Notes: generated by a model not told the origin, from the sequence alone. A stretch of 64,000 bases of DNA from Candidatus Undinarchaeota archaeon (GCA_964519305.1 CAZFHY010000002.1:1-64000), one strand, 5' to 3'. Counted from the first letter of the stretch, positions 8,334 to 20,100 are shown. A program made the numbers and translations.

Positions 8334-10170
8334 ACAACGGGGCCAGATGGCGCTGTTCGGACTGGCCGCTGTGGCACTAGTCGTGCTCGTTGTGACCTAC
8401 TTCATGCTTTCGGGTCGCTCTGTTGAGCACCAGGCCGCCATCAAGGAAGGGGAGTTGGTGGACCTTGTGTCCGAGTTCGACGACGAGCAGCGGTATATGG
8501 AGAAGGTGCTATCGGAGGCTATCAACGGCGCTATTTCCGAGATGGTAGCTCATGGCGGGTACACCGAGGAGTCGCTACCCAAGCTCAATCGTCGTGGTGT
8601 ACCCTTCTTCTTCTACAAAGGGAACATCGTCAACATTCCGACGCTCAATCTAATGAACCAGATGCTCGCCCAGGAGATCGAACGCAGGGTCAACAGCCAG
8701 CTTGACCAGCATCGGGAGGAGGTCAAGGGTCGCCGGGACCAGTACCAGATCGGTTATCCTTCAATAAAGGCCAATATCTCTGAAGAGTTCGCAATCGCTG
8801 GTATGACGATCCCTGTATCGGTCATGCGTGACGGCGACAAGGTGCGCTCAACGATGAATTTCGAGAAGGTACTCCCTTCGAAGATGGGTAACTTCCGCAA
8901 GCTCGCAGAGGCATACATAGTCGAGTACGAACAGATCCGCATCGTGGAAGAGAGTCTCATCTCGGGTATGATCCAGGACGACCGTGTGTGGGAACCGCCG
9001 GGCCGGATGATGCACTCCGTATCCTGTGACGATCCGCCACACAAGACGTGGTACGATCTCTACAGCCCGATCCAGGAGAACGCCGAGGTCGCGGTCGCGC
9101 TTGAACAGGTGAGACTGCGAGCCGAGTACGGGCGCACGAACCTCCAATGGGGTCTTGGTTTCAACGTCGCCGACGTGGAGATGGCCATAGTCGCCAACAT
9201 CGGCAATCTCGACTGGCAGGGACGTGACTGGTCAACGGATGCGTACCCCGACAAGGTATTCCTCGTCCCGCAGAAGTTCCCGCCCATGAGCGCTTCGACC
9301 AATATCTGCTACTCAGTGTACACATGTGCGTACGATATCACATTCCCGGTCCTGGTCACTGCCATGGACCTCACTCCGACCGGCCGGCTTGTGAGCAGCG
9401 AAGGTCAGGACGTTTCCCAGACGCCGGAGTTCCGGTTCTACATCCAGCCTTATCTGGGGCACCACGATGACGGACGCCCGAACAAGTTCGCTGTGGACGA
9501 GTCCGTGGGCGAGTTCCAGTTCCGCGACAACCAGTGCATGGGATCATGCTCCATCGGGCTCAAGCTCGACGGTACCAAGGAAGGACAGATCTGGCTCGAC
9601 GACTGTAACTACAACTATCCCATGGGCCAGACGTCCGGCATGGACTTCGTCAAGGACGGTATCGCCTGTGGTCTGCGTACGCTGGTCATAGAGAGCAACG
9701 ATCCGGTAAAGGCCCGTGTCGTGGAGCGTATCAACATCCATGAGGGCTTCAAGGCCACCTATCTGATTCCCGACTTCGCCACAGTGGCCGGGACAGTGAA
9801 GGAGAACTACAGGGTACACTGCACCGGCACGAGCCGTACCAAGGACGACATCCGGCCCCTGAAGGAGACCGGCGGCGGGCTCTTCGTCGACCTCGTACCG
9901 CTGGAACCCCGACTGGGAAGTATCGTCACACAACCCGTGGACGATGATGGCACCTACCGGTTCGATAACGTCAATCCTGGTAACTACATAATCATCGCCC
10001 GGCCATTGGTCGACAAGAGCGGTAGCCCCGCGTACGCCCTCGAACCCGAGGCGGTGGTCCAGAAGGTGAACGAACTGGACAACGAGGGTATCGACATCAC
10101 CATGGAGCCGCTGAACATAGTCCGCGTTGGCACGGCCTGGCGCCGGGTATCCGACGTCCAGGAGTGCTAG
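8326..10170 (+). CDS. Large type IV pilin-like protein (class III signal peptide) with C-terminal carboxypeptidase-regulatory-like/prealbumin fold
   Basis: In-frame GTG at 8326 overlaps the upstream stop, with GGGGGTG SD at 8312-8318. N-terminus MHRQRG/QMALFGLAAVALVVLVVTYFML fits the archaeal prepilin pattern. C-terminal DDDGTYRFDNVNPGNYIIIA. Confidence 0.75.
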   Translation: MHRQRGQMALFGLAAVALVVLVVTYFMLSGRSVEHQAAIKEGELVDLVSEFDDEQRYMEKVLSEAINGAISEMVAHGGYTEESLPKLNRRGVPFFFYKGNIVNIPTLNLMNQMLAQEIERRVNSQLDQHREEVKGRRDQYQIGYPSIKANISEEFAIAGMTIPVSVMRDGDKVRSTMNFEKVLPSKMGNFRKLAEAYIVEYEQIRIVEESLISGMIQDDRVWEPPGRMMHSVSCDDPPHKTWYDLYSPIQENAEVAVALEQVRLRAEYGRTNLQWGLGFNVADVEMAIVANIGNLDWQGRDWSTDAYPDKVFLVPQKFPPMSASTNICYSVYTCAYDITFPVLVTAMDLTPTGRLVSSEGQDVSQTPEFRFYIQPYLGHHDDGRPNKFAVDESVGEFQFRDNQCMGSCSIGLKLDGTKEGQIWLDDCNYNYPMGQTSGMDFVKDGIACGLRTLVIESNDPVKARVVERINIHEGFKATYLIPDFATVAGTVKENYRVHCTGTSRTKDDIRPLKETGGGLFVDLVPLEPRLGSIVTQPVDDDGTYRFDNVNPGNYIIIARPLVDKSGSPAYALEPEAVVQKVNELDNEGIDITMEPLNIVRVGTAWRRVSDVQEC

Positions 10171-10178
10171 GCTCCCGG

Positions 10179-10628
10179 TCAGGAAATATCTTTCCGTCGT
10201 CCCCAGTCCGTCATGAGACGGCCATGGAGGTGGTCGATCTCGTGCTGGACCACAACGGCGTCGAAGCCCTTGTAGGTGTCCTCGTGCTCCTCGCCGAACC
10301 GGTCCTGATAGTTGACGGTGACCGAGTAGCGACGGAGCTTGAATCCCATTCGGCCGGGGATGCTCAGGCAACCCTCTATGGAGGGCTGGTACCCCCGCGA
10401 TTCCACGATCTCGGGATTGATATACTCACGGACCACACCTCCGGTCTGCGCCAGCATCACCTTGCGGTCGTCACCGACCTGTGGAGCCGCGATGCCCACG
10501 CCATCGTGGGCCGACATGATATCGTGCATGGCATAAAGGAGCTCATTCAGCTGACCATAGTCCTCCACCTCGCGGCATTCCTGCCGAAGGATGGGGTCCG
10601 GTACAGTGGCCAGCTCATAGCCGTACAC
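10179..10628 (-). CDS. def: Peptide deformylase
   Basis: All three PDF motifs present: GVGIAAPQVG, EGCLS, QHEIDHLHG. Confidence 0.93.
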   Translation of the reverse strand: MYGYELATVPDPILRQECREVEDYGQLNELLYAMHDIMSAHDGVGIAAPQVGDDRKVMLAQTGGVVREYINPEIVESRGYQPSIEGCLSIPGRMGFKLRRYSVTVNYQDRFGEEHEDTYKGFDAVVVQHEIDHLHGRLMTDWGRRKDIS

Positions 10629-10688
10629 GACGCTGACAGCTGGTCAGGGTGAATAAATAGGTTTCGTTTAAGCACTGTCGCTGGCCGT

Positions 10689-12107
10689 TCACGCTCGCTT
10701 GAACAGGCCGTGCAGGTCACGCTGCTTTCGGCACTGCTGTTGGAATTCGATCGAGGGCGCATAGAGCGGATCAGGTTTCCGGAACTCAAGGATGCGTGGT
10801 TCGTATGAGCTCGTCAGGATCCCAAGGTTGTCGTGGCTGGTGTCGGCTCCCACAAGAGACTCCTTGATCCGGGACACCCATCCGCCCACGGTCCCTGCTA
10901 CGACGAGCACGATCAATGGCCCGAGCAGCGTGAGGCCCACGATCACCAATACACCCTTCTTGATGATGTCTGCGTTGTGGAAGCTCTCCTTGAGCGCCTC
11001 CTCTATCCGGTGGGCGAGCATCAAACCAGTTCCCGATAGCAGAGCGATTCCGAACACAGCGACCGAGATCAGACCGATGAACAGGGACATGGCGGGGCCG
11101 ATGACCTTGATGAAACCGGGATGGTCGTTCAGGACGATACCTTCGGGAAGCTTCCCGATGAAGACGACGAACACGAGTCCCACAACCGCAAGTGGTACCA
11201 GATGCCATCGGCGTCGAGCAGCGAAGGTGCGGGAGATGGCCAGGTACAGGATGTCGTTGGACCGTCCACCGAAGAGCAATGCCATGGGGACGTACATGGT
11301 AAGGACCGGTAGAGCGAACCACATGGCGAAGGCTAGCTTGGGAAAGAGGTTCTGGAAACAGAGGGCGATGAGCACTAGGTAAGCGCAGGAAACCCGTCCG
11401 ACCTTTTCGCTGTAGAGCGACCAGTACCGGCGCATGGGGAACGCACCACGCTTCGTGTGATGGGCAAGGATATTGGAGAGGTAGATCGTGGAAAGGAGGA
11501 ACACCATGTAGATGAAGAACAGGGAGAACATCATCTTGAACGCGAAGATGACACCTCTGTTCACGAGCGACACCTGGTCGTAGAACCGGTCCTCAATCGC
11601 CAGGGTGGCTTTGTAGACGACCGTCAGTTTCGCCAGGGCGTCGCTCCGGATATCTTTGGGATTGTTCTCGTCCTGGTACTTTCCGAAGTTCTCTATCACC
11701 GGACCGAGCTCCAACTTATACTGCTCCCCAGCGTCGACGAGCTGGTTGGCAGTGTACTCCTGGAGCTTGTAGTCGTAGAACGACACCATAGGGATGAATA
11801 TGAGGATGGACAGGGACACAGAAGCCCATACCGCTACCGGCCGCGTACCAGCGAGGCGGTAGAACAGAGAGAGAAGCCCGAGGGCGATGAGGATGAACAA
11901 GGAGGGCATGACGAAGTACGTATCTACGTTCGAGAGGATGACCATCACGAACGAGTAGACCGTGAAGATCACTCCCAGGATGCGTACGTCCGCCAGGGAA
12001 AGGATGAGGTACTCACTGAGGACATCCTCGAACCGGTCCTCGAGGCTGTCGACGAGCTTGTCGTCGAGCACATCCCCCAGTAGCATCTCAGCAAGGCTCA
12101 TATGCAA
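10689..12107 (-). CDS. Hypothetical multi-pass membrane protein
   Basis: 472-aa ORF with roughly 9-10 hydrophobic segments. Overlaps the upstream gene by 20 nt, suggesting an operon. Confidence 0.7.
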   Translation of the reverse strand: MHMSLAEMLLGDVLDDKLVDSLEDRFEDVLSEYLILSLADVRILGVIFTVYSFVMVILSNVDTYFVMPSLFILIALGLLSLFYRLAGTRPVAVWASVSLSILIFIPMVSFYDYKLQEYTANQLVDAGEQYKLELGPVIENFGKYQDENNPKDIRSDALAKLTVVYKATLAIEDRFYDQVSLVNRGVIFAFKMMFSLFFIYMVFLLSTIYLSNILAHHTKRGAFPMRRYWSLYSEKVGRVSCAYLVLIALCFQNLFPKLAFAMWFALPVLTMYVPMALLFGGRSNDILYLAISRTFAARRRWHLVPLAVVGLVFVVFIGKLPEGIVLNDHPGFIKVIGPAMSLFIGLISVAVFGIALLSGTGLMLAHRIEEALKESFHNADIIKKGVLVIVGLTLLGPLIVLVVAGTVGGWVSRIKESLVGADTSHDNLGILTSSYEPRILEFRKPDPLYAPSIEFQQQCRKQRDLHGLFKRA

Positions 12108-14121
12108 ATCCCATCCCGTGGCCGACGTACAGGTGTGGCCGCGCCAGGTTCAGGCGCGACGGCATGAGGACGGCCCTCTTCTTACGGTCACGTATCTCTA
12201 TAGCGAAGACACGGCCGGTGGAAAGATCGAAATGAATGTCCTTGAGAAGTCCGATGAACGTGGCATCGAACGTGACGATGCGCTCGTTGAGGTAGCGGGG
12301 CGAGATGAATGGTTGGGATATCACGGACCGGGCCACGAACCGGTTCTTGCGCAGGTACTTGAGGAGGAACCCGGGGATGATGCTGTAGTTCTCGAGGTAC
12401 GACGGACCGATGAAGGACCATCGCGCCCGCAGCGCCTTGTCGGTGCGGTCGATGGGCGTCGCCCGTAATACTGTGACCTCTTTCTCCGTTATCCCGGCCA
12501 CGTCCGATGGCTCTACGGTGTACTCGGCACGCACCCTCCTGATGAGGAAATCAGTGATGATGTCGAACTTGAGCAGCACGTCAAGGACAAGCTCGGTGCG
12601 GTCGTCGATTACATAGAACGAGAACGCGCCCTCCCGGTCCATGAGGACGTTGATGACCTTGCCCAGACGCTTGCCCTCACACTTGACCACACGACCTATG
12701 AGGTCCTGGGATGATGTGAGGCCTTTGGTGTGGAACACGCCCCACGGGTTCGCGGTGAAACCGTGCCGCTGGGCGAACTCGCCGAGGAAACGGCGGACAG
12801 GTGGCAGGGTCGCCCGGAAGAGCTCCTCCCGTTCAGCGTCGGAGATCTGTCCCATCCCAAGATATGACACGAGCGAACCAAGCTCGATGAGCATGCACGA
12901 GGTCTCCTCCGTTGAGATTGCCCCGCGCTCCCGCACCAGTGCCGCGAGCCGCTCATCGTCCACGTAGCTGGCAACGGACTCATGCCATCCCTCGTCGATT
13001 AGGTGCTGGGAGAGCTTTCGGGCATATTCCCGCTTCTCTCGCTCCCGCTCGTCCTTGGCTGTGAGGATGCCGGCCAGGACATCAGCGAGACCCGGTCCGG
13101 GGTCACGCAGGCGGTAGGTGAGGACCTCCTCCGTCTCGGTGGTCAGTACAAGCTCGTGTCGGGCTATCCCCTTTCGCACCTCTGTACGTCGTACGTAGAA
13201 GAGCGGAAGGCGCTCGTAGGCCACGATGGTCGGCCGGAAGATACGCATGCGAAATATGGTGAGGACGAGGGAGACGATAGGGAACCGCTCAATAATTGCA
13301 CGCGAGCGTTCTTCGCCGACATAGATGCCCTTGTTCGTGACCACCACTTTCCAGAGTGCCGTACGAGGGAAGAGGCGATGGACCATGCGCCATGTGGCCA
13401 AGAGGAGCAACAGGCCGACAACAGGATTGGCCGCTAGGGCAGGGAAGGTCAGGATGAACAGTACAACTGTACCGATGAGGTTAACAGCAAGTGGTCCCGT
13501 GTCCACGAACCGCACCCATTCCCGCGAGACATGCCGTAGCAGGTCCTTGGAAGAGACCGCCTCGACCCGCGGCGATATACGTCCGCTCTTCACCGCCTCG
13601 TTGTAGTTGGCCAGCCGTGTCGCCGTCCGCTCTGTACTATAGGACAGGTCCGCTCCGCGCCGCTCCTGGACCGTCCCGAGCATCCGCAGCGCCAGCTCCA
13701 GTTCGTCCTCACGGAGAGCCATCCGCATCTCGCCTTCCGCGGTCCCCAGCACGAGCTCTACGTCCCGGTCGCCCTTGGGTGCGACGGTGGCGGACGTAAT
13801 GCTCTCGTAAGGTACGGTTCGCATGACGGGGAGGTCCCTCAGTTCCTCGATGTTCGTCGGGGACGTGCGCCATGCTACGCACTGGTCGTCAAGACCGACG
13901 AGGGTGTAGCCCCGGGTGACCCTGACCTTGCCGCGGTACTCCCGCACCACCAGCGCCACGAAGACAAGCAGCCCAAGGCTCTTGAGCACACCGACAAGGA
14001 TGAAGAGGGTGAGCGGAATCGCCAGGATGCGCCAGTACCAGCGCCCCCAGTCATGGAAGGTCGACTCGCGAGCAGCTCTGACCAGCCACCGGTCGACGTC
14101 CTCCCCCCCGGTCTCCGGCAT
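12088..14121 (-). CDS. Membrane protein with two TM+PH-like units and two C-terminal PRC-barrel-like domains
   Basis: Two hydrophobic hairpins, each followed by a bPH-like beta pattern (VPYESITSATV...ELVL; VVVTNKGIYV...ELVL). PRC signatures SQDLIGRVVKCEGKRLGKVINVLMD and ERIVTFDATFIGLLKDIHFDLSTGRV. Own TATA-like TTTTTATT at 14143-14150 (minus). Confidence 0.65.
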   Translation of the reverse strand: MPETGGEDVDRWLVRAARESTFHDWGRWYWRILAIPLTLFILVGVLKSLGLLVFVALVVREYRGKVRVTRGYTLVGLDDQCVAWRTSPTNIEELRDLPVMRTVPYESITSATVAPKGDRDVELVLGTAEGEMRMALREDELELALRMLGTVQERRGADLSYSTERTATRLANYNEAVKSGRISPRVEAVSSKDLLRHVSREWVRFVDTGPLAVNLIGTVVLFILTFPALAANPVVGLLLLLATWRMVHRLFPRTALWKVVVTNKGIYVGEERSRAIIERFPIVSLVLTIFRMRIFRPTIVAYERLPLFYVRRTEVRKGIARHELVLTTETEEVLTYRLRDPGPGLADVLAGILTAKDEREREKREYARKLSQHLIDEGWHESVASYVDDERLAALVRERGAISTEETSCMLIELGSLVSYLGMGQISDAEREELFRATLPPVRRFLGEFAQRHGFTANPWGVFHTKGLTSSQDLIGRVVKCEGKRLGKVINVLMDREGAFSFYVIDDRTELVLDVLLKFDIITDFLIRRVRAEYTVEPSDVAGITEKEVTVLRATPIDRTDKALRARWSFIGPSYLENYSIIPGFLLKYLRKNRFVARSVISQPFISPRYLNERIVTFDATFIGLLKDIHFDLSTGRVFAIEIRDRKKRAVLMPSRLNLARPHLYVGHGMGFAYEPC

Positions 14122-14169
14122 AGCTCTATGGTCGGGGCTACGAATAAAAAGGCTGCGGTCAGGGATCGC

Positions 14170-17100
14170 CTACGATCCCGTGGGTAGGGTCAGGTCCCCT
14201 ATCTGCACCTTCAACGACCGACCGTCCTCCTTGGTGCTCACGGTAAGGAGCTTGGTGGTGGACACCTCGTAGTCCGGCAGCACTATCTCGAGGAAGTACT
14301 GCCCGACGTTGAAGCATGCCTTCTCGAGCTCGCCCGCCTTCTCGAACTTGGTCTCGAACGTTCCGTCACCGTACACCCGTGGCGAGGTCTCTGCGAACTT
14401 GACGTGCTCGGGGAAGGTGTACACGATCATGTCCATTGTCGTGTTCGAGATGATGATCGGCGGCGGCTCACGGAACATCTCGATGTAGAACGTACCCCAC
14501 AGGTTGCCCGATATGGTGATCTGGTTGCAGCAGAGCCCTCTGTACTCGCCGGTCTGCGGATCGGAGTTGGGATTGAGCGGGTCCCACTTCTGGTACCACT
14601 TGCTGTTGTCGATCGGCCTGCAGGAGAAGCCACAGACTCCCTTGTCCGGGTCCTCGTCTCCTTCGATACAGATGGACCTGCCGATCTCTCCGCCGGCGCA
14701 ATGCTTGGCCTTCGTGCAGAAGTCCGTGCACTTGTGGGATTCCACATCGCACACGAACGGATCGCACGTGAAGTTGGTGAGGGTGGCGGGCAGCCTCTCC
14801 TGGTCCCAGCAGAATCCGCGTCCCTTCTCATTGAGCTTGCACTGGTAGTTGATACCGAAGGCGTTGTATATGTTGATCTTGCCATTGTAGGTATCATTGT
14901 CCTCTTCGATGAGCTCGGTGGCGCACTTGTTGTACTCGTGGCCTTCGCAGTCAACCCAGTGGCCGATGCAGGTGGAACCGGAGCGCAGGTACTCGAACAC
15001 CCACGTGTCGCCCTCGGTGCGACATGTGTCGCGGTAGATACGCTTGGCGCATACGTTGTCGCTGCAGCCGAGATAGTCGATACACACACCGGGGGCCTTT
15101 GTATCGTCGCCACGGTCCGCGCCAGATAGGGACTTGCACGAGCCGTCCACGTTCTGCTCGTCCTCGGGGCAATCGGTCGCATCGGTGCGACACTGGACGG
15201 TCCTGCTCTCGTCGATATCGTACTCGCACTTGGCCGTACCCTTGGGGTTGGAGTCGACACAGCTACCGTCGAGGTATAGGAGGCGGTTGGTCCCGCCCTC
15301 CTCGCACCGGTGACCGTCGGCGCACGTCTGGATGGTCTTCCACACGTTGTTCTCGCACTTCCGTATGTCCTGCTGCTGGCCTGAGGCGATGCAGATCGTA
15401 ACGCCATGCGCGTAGCACTGGTTGTCCCACACGCAGTCGTTGGCCTTGTCGCAGCACGCGTCGTACTTGTTCATTGCGCCCGGTTCGAGGTCGGCCACTT
15501 CCTGGTCCACGTCGTTCTGTGTGTACGGGCCGTCCAGGTCCGTAGTGAAGAACTTGAGGTAGAACTCGTTGTTATCGTCGCCGCAGCAGGCCGTCTTGCC
15601 GTCGGGAGCGTCGCCGCCCAGGTTCCATGCGATGCCGAAGTCGCCCTGTGTCGTGGTCTTGTCGTTGAAGCAGTCAAGGCGACAGTACACAGACGGTGAG
15701 GCCACGCGTGTGATCGGGTCCTTGTTCGTGCCCTTCTTGTCGTCCCAGTCGACAGAGTAGAGCAGGAGGTCGGTCACGCGGTGACCGGGGTGCGATAGGC
15801 CGGCGCCGTTGGTTAGGAGGTCATTGTCGCTAGTAGGCACGTCGCCGAACCTGCGGTCCTTACGATCATCGCTCCACGCACCCTTCCGGTCCTTCTCGCC
15901 GTGGTAGGTGAAGGTCACGCTGGTCTTGTAGTCGCCCTCCCACCTGCAGTACCAGTTCTTCCAGTTCCAGGTGATGTCCGCGCTGGCGTAGCCTGTGGTC
16001 TTCGCTATCAGGTCGAGCGAAGTGATGCCAACGCTCGAGTCGGTGACCGTCTTTGTACATGTGCCCAGACCGTAGGTGTTCGAGCCGGACCGCGAGGTCA
16101 GGCCGCAGGACATGCCCTGGTCGGTGAACACCGTCGCGCCAGGCCGCTTGAAGGTGAGTGCAGAGGTGGTCTCGTAACCGCAGAAGTAGTAGTACTGCTG
16201 GTTGGTCTCGGCAGCGTTGATATAGGAGGAATCGATGTCCAGGTCACGGGTGCCGTCGTATCCCTCGAGCACGAAGTCCGTCTTGCCGTCATAAGTGCCA
16301 CCTGTCTTGCATCCATTGTAGGCGAGCGTGCAGGTGGCCTTGCAGGTGAGGCCGAGGAAGTCGGTGGAGTAGTAGGTGCAGGTCGAGGTGTCGCTGTTGT
16401 ACGGGTAGGAGCAGCTGGTGATGCCTGAGGCCACACCACAGTCCATGGCAGTGCAGGAGTAGTCCCTGCCCGCAGAGTTGCCGTCGAAGTAGGTCCCGTC
16501 CTGCCGGTCCTTGGGGCTCTGGATGTAGAGCTTAGCGGTCACCTTGGGCAGGCTCTTCCACACGCCCTGGTGGCAGTACTCGTTGAGACCGTCGCTGTCC
16601 ACGTCGCCCTCCCACTTGTCGTTGAAGCACTTGTTGTTGGCGATGCAGTCCGTGTACTCGTTGCAGCATGCCCTGTTGTTATCGGTGCTGGACTCGCACG
16701 CCTTCTTGGTACCTGGCTTCTCCTCGGAGCGGCAGTCGAGCATCCACTCGTTGTCGTCGTCACCGCAGCACTTCCCTATGTCGCCACCCTGCTCCCAGCC
16801 GATACCCTTGTCGAACGGCTTGGTGGCCGGTGGGGTGCGGTCGTCGAAGCAGCGCAGGTCACAGTACCGTGCCGGCTCGCGCCTGCCGTCGGGATCGAGG
16901 TTGACGTTGCCATCATCATCCCAGCTGACCTTGTACATCACGACCACCTTCTGCTGCGCGGTGATGCCGAGGGCGGGATCGTTGGCGTTGGGCGTGTTAT
17001 CGAACCTCCGGTCGCGGTCTAGGGCATGGCGGTTGTTCTCGCCATGGTACGAGAAGTCGACAGTGAGCGTGTAATCGCCCTCCTCGCGACAGTAGTGCTC

Positions 17101-20100
17101 GCGGTAGGTGCGTGCCCAGTTCCAGGTTGTGAGTGACGTCGAATAGGCGTCGATGTCGAAGTAGTTAGTACCGTCCGGTTTGAATATGTAGCCGCAGTGC
17201 GTGGTGCCCTGGTCGGAGTTGCCGTTGCGGAATGTGAGGTCGCAGGTCATGCCCGTATGGTCGATCACGCGGCCAGTGGGTTTGTCGATGGTGATGAGGG
17301 ACTCGGTCTCGTAACCGCAGAAGTAGTAGTACTGGTCATGCTCGACGACGTTGGCGTACTCGGTCTTGAGGCTGAACGACTCGGTGGGCGAGTTCCATCC
17401 CTGGTACGTGAACTCGACATGACCATCGTACGCACCGCCGACCGTGCACTCGTTGATATTGTAGGTGCACGTACCGATGCAGCTCACGCCGGTGAAGGTG
17501 GAGTAGAATGTGCAGATAACCTGGTTCCCTGAATCCGGGTAGGTGCACGACGTCGCACCACCGGGCACACCGCAGTTGAGAGCGGAGCACGTGATGTCTA
17601 CACTTTCCCTGATTGGCTTCTCTGGTGAGGCCACCCATATCTTGGCAGTCACCCGTGGCAGGTCCTTCCAGCTGCCCTGGTTGCAGTACTCATTGGCGCC
17701 GTCGCTGTCCACATCACCCTCCCACTTGTCGTCGTAGCACTTGTTGTTGGCCACACAGTCGGTGGTCTTGTCACAGCAGGCCACGTCCTGGACCTGGTCG
17801 CCCTTGCATGCCTTGACGCTGTGCTCCAGGCTCTTACAGTAGTGGATGAACTCGTTGGCATCGTCACCGCAGCACTTGTTGCGCGTACCGCCATCGTCGC
17901 CGCCTATGCCCCATGCGATACCGTCCTTGGAGCCGTCAAGGAGGTTGTTCTGCTCGTCGTTGGGCGTGGTGTCGCTCACGCACTTGGGCCCGCAGTACCT
18001 TGATGGATGGCTGCTGCCATCGGGTGCCTTGTTGGTGCTGAGCTCGTCGTCCCAGTTGACGTGGTAGAGGAACTTGTGTATCGTTTGCTGGGTAGCGGTG
18101 AGCGCGCTGCGGTCGAACATCCGACCCGTGTAGTAGTAGATGACGTCCGTGCTGTACTCGCCCTCGTGGCGACAGAACAGGTCGTTCTCGGTCCATGTCT
18201 GCGTGCCCGCCGTAGGCGAGGTCGACAAGGAGTCGATTGTCCAGAAGTGGGTGCCCGTATTGGCCGGGTCCTTGAACTGGTAAGAGCATGCTGTATTGCC
18301 GTTGGGCGTGTTGCCGAAGCGGTACGTGAGGGGACCGCACGTCATGTCCTGACCGGCGCGGATGGTGCCCACGGGCGTGTTGAACCACAGCTTTGCGGTG
18401 GCCGTGTAACCGCAGTAGTACCACATGTTCGCTGTTGGTCCGAGCGGCTGTGCGTAGGAGACCGGGTACACCCGGTCGCCCTTGTTCCGCTCGGTACCGC
18501 AAGGGATGTCGGTGAACAGGTACTCGGTGTAGCCGTAGTACCAGCCGCCTATCGTGCACTCATTGTAGCCGTAGAAGCACGGAGCCGTGCAGTCGATGCA
18601 GCCGAACAGGTAGTAGTCGCACGCCATCTCGTTCGCAGGCTCGTCATAGGTACACTGGTTGGAGCCGGAGATGGGGCCGCACATGACCGTACCACAGGTC
18701 ATGGAGTGGGCGTCCACGCGCTGGTTCTCTTGGTTCCAGATCCAGATCTTGGACGCGATACCGGGCATGTCCTTCCAGATACCCTCGTCGCAGAACTCGG
18801 GCATGTCATCGAAGTCAAGGTCCTCGGAGAACCCGTCGTCATAGCACTTATCATTGAAGATACAGTCGGAGTCCTGGTCGCAGCACGCCTTGTCGTCGGA
18901 GGAGTAAACACACAGGTTCACACCCGCCTTCTCTCGCGACACGCAGTGGGTGATCCAGTTGTCCGCGTCATCGCCACAGCACTGCGTATCGTCGCCGCCG
19001 ATGGCATGCTCGATACCACCATCGCCCGCCGTCTGGTCGTCGAAGCATGCCAGGTCGCACCAGTAGCCGTCCGACTGGTCCCAGTTAACCGTGAAGAGCT
19101 TCTCGGTATACTCCTGGCTGGTGGCGGTCAGGGCCGACATCTCACCTGGTGAGTTACCGAACATAGTGCCCGTGTAGGCGAACCGGACCTTTGCCGTATA
19201 GTCGCCCTCCTTGCGGCAGTACTTGGCCTTGCGGGTCTCGACGATGTCGGCCGACGGGGTCGGCGGCTTCTTGGGCGTGTACGATGTGGCTGTGAGGTCG
19301 AAGTAGTTGGTACCGTCGGGGTTGAATGCGTAGCCGCACACGGTCGTACCGTACGCATATCCGTTGTTGCGCATGGTGAGACCGCAGCTCGTAGCAGCGT
19401 TGTCGATGACAGTGGAGTCGGGATCGAACACCCACACGGTGGCCGTGGTCGTGTACCCGCAGTGGTAGTAGTTCTGCTCGCCGGTCACAAGGTATCTGGT
19501 GGCCTCGTCGAACGCCGCGGCGCCCATGTTCCAGCCAGTGTACTTGAAGTCCACATGACCGGTGTAGAGGCCACCTACTGTGCACATGTTGTAGCTGTAT
19601 GAGCAGGAACCAGTACACCATACGCCGCTGGCCTGGCTGAAGAACGTGCATTCGACCTTGTCGTTGCCGTTGTTGTATGCGCAGCTTGTAGTGCCGGCCG
19701 CCACGCCGCAGTCGACGTCCGTGCATGAGACAGTGGCGTCATTGACCTGGACCTTCTCCAGGTTCTGGATGGTGATCTTGGCGGTGACGATGGGCAGGTC
19801 GCGCCAGGTGCCCGCAGCACAGTATTCTTTGTGGCCATCGCCGTCCACATCGCCCTCCCACGCGTTGTTGTAGCAGACGTTCTGGTACAGGCAGTCGTTG
19901 CTCTGATCGCAGCAGGCAGTATCGTCCGTGGACACCGAGCAGGCATTGGAGCCCTGCTTCTCCTGTGACACGCAGTCGATCTTGTACTCGCTCCCGTCGT
20001 CCTGGCAGCAAAGGTGGCGGGTTCCGCCAACGCCGCCGATGTCCCAGTAGACGGTCTTACCGGTACACACCGTTGTGCAGTAGCGTTTGGTATCCCAGTT

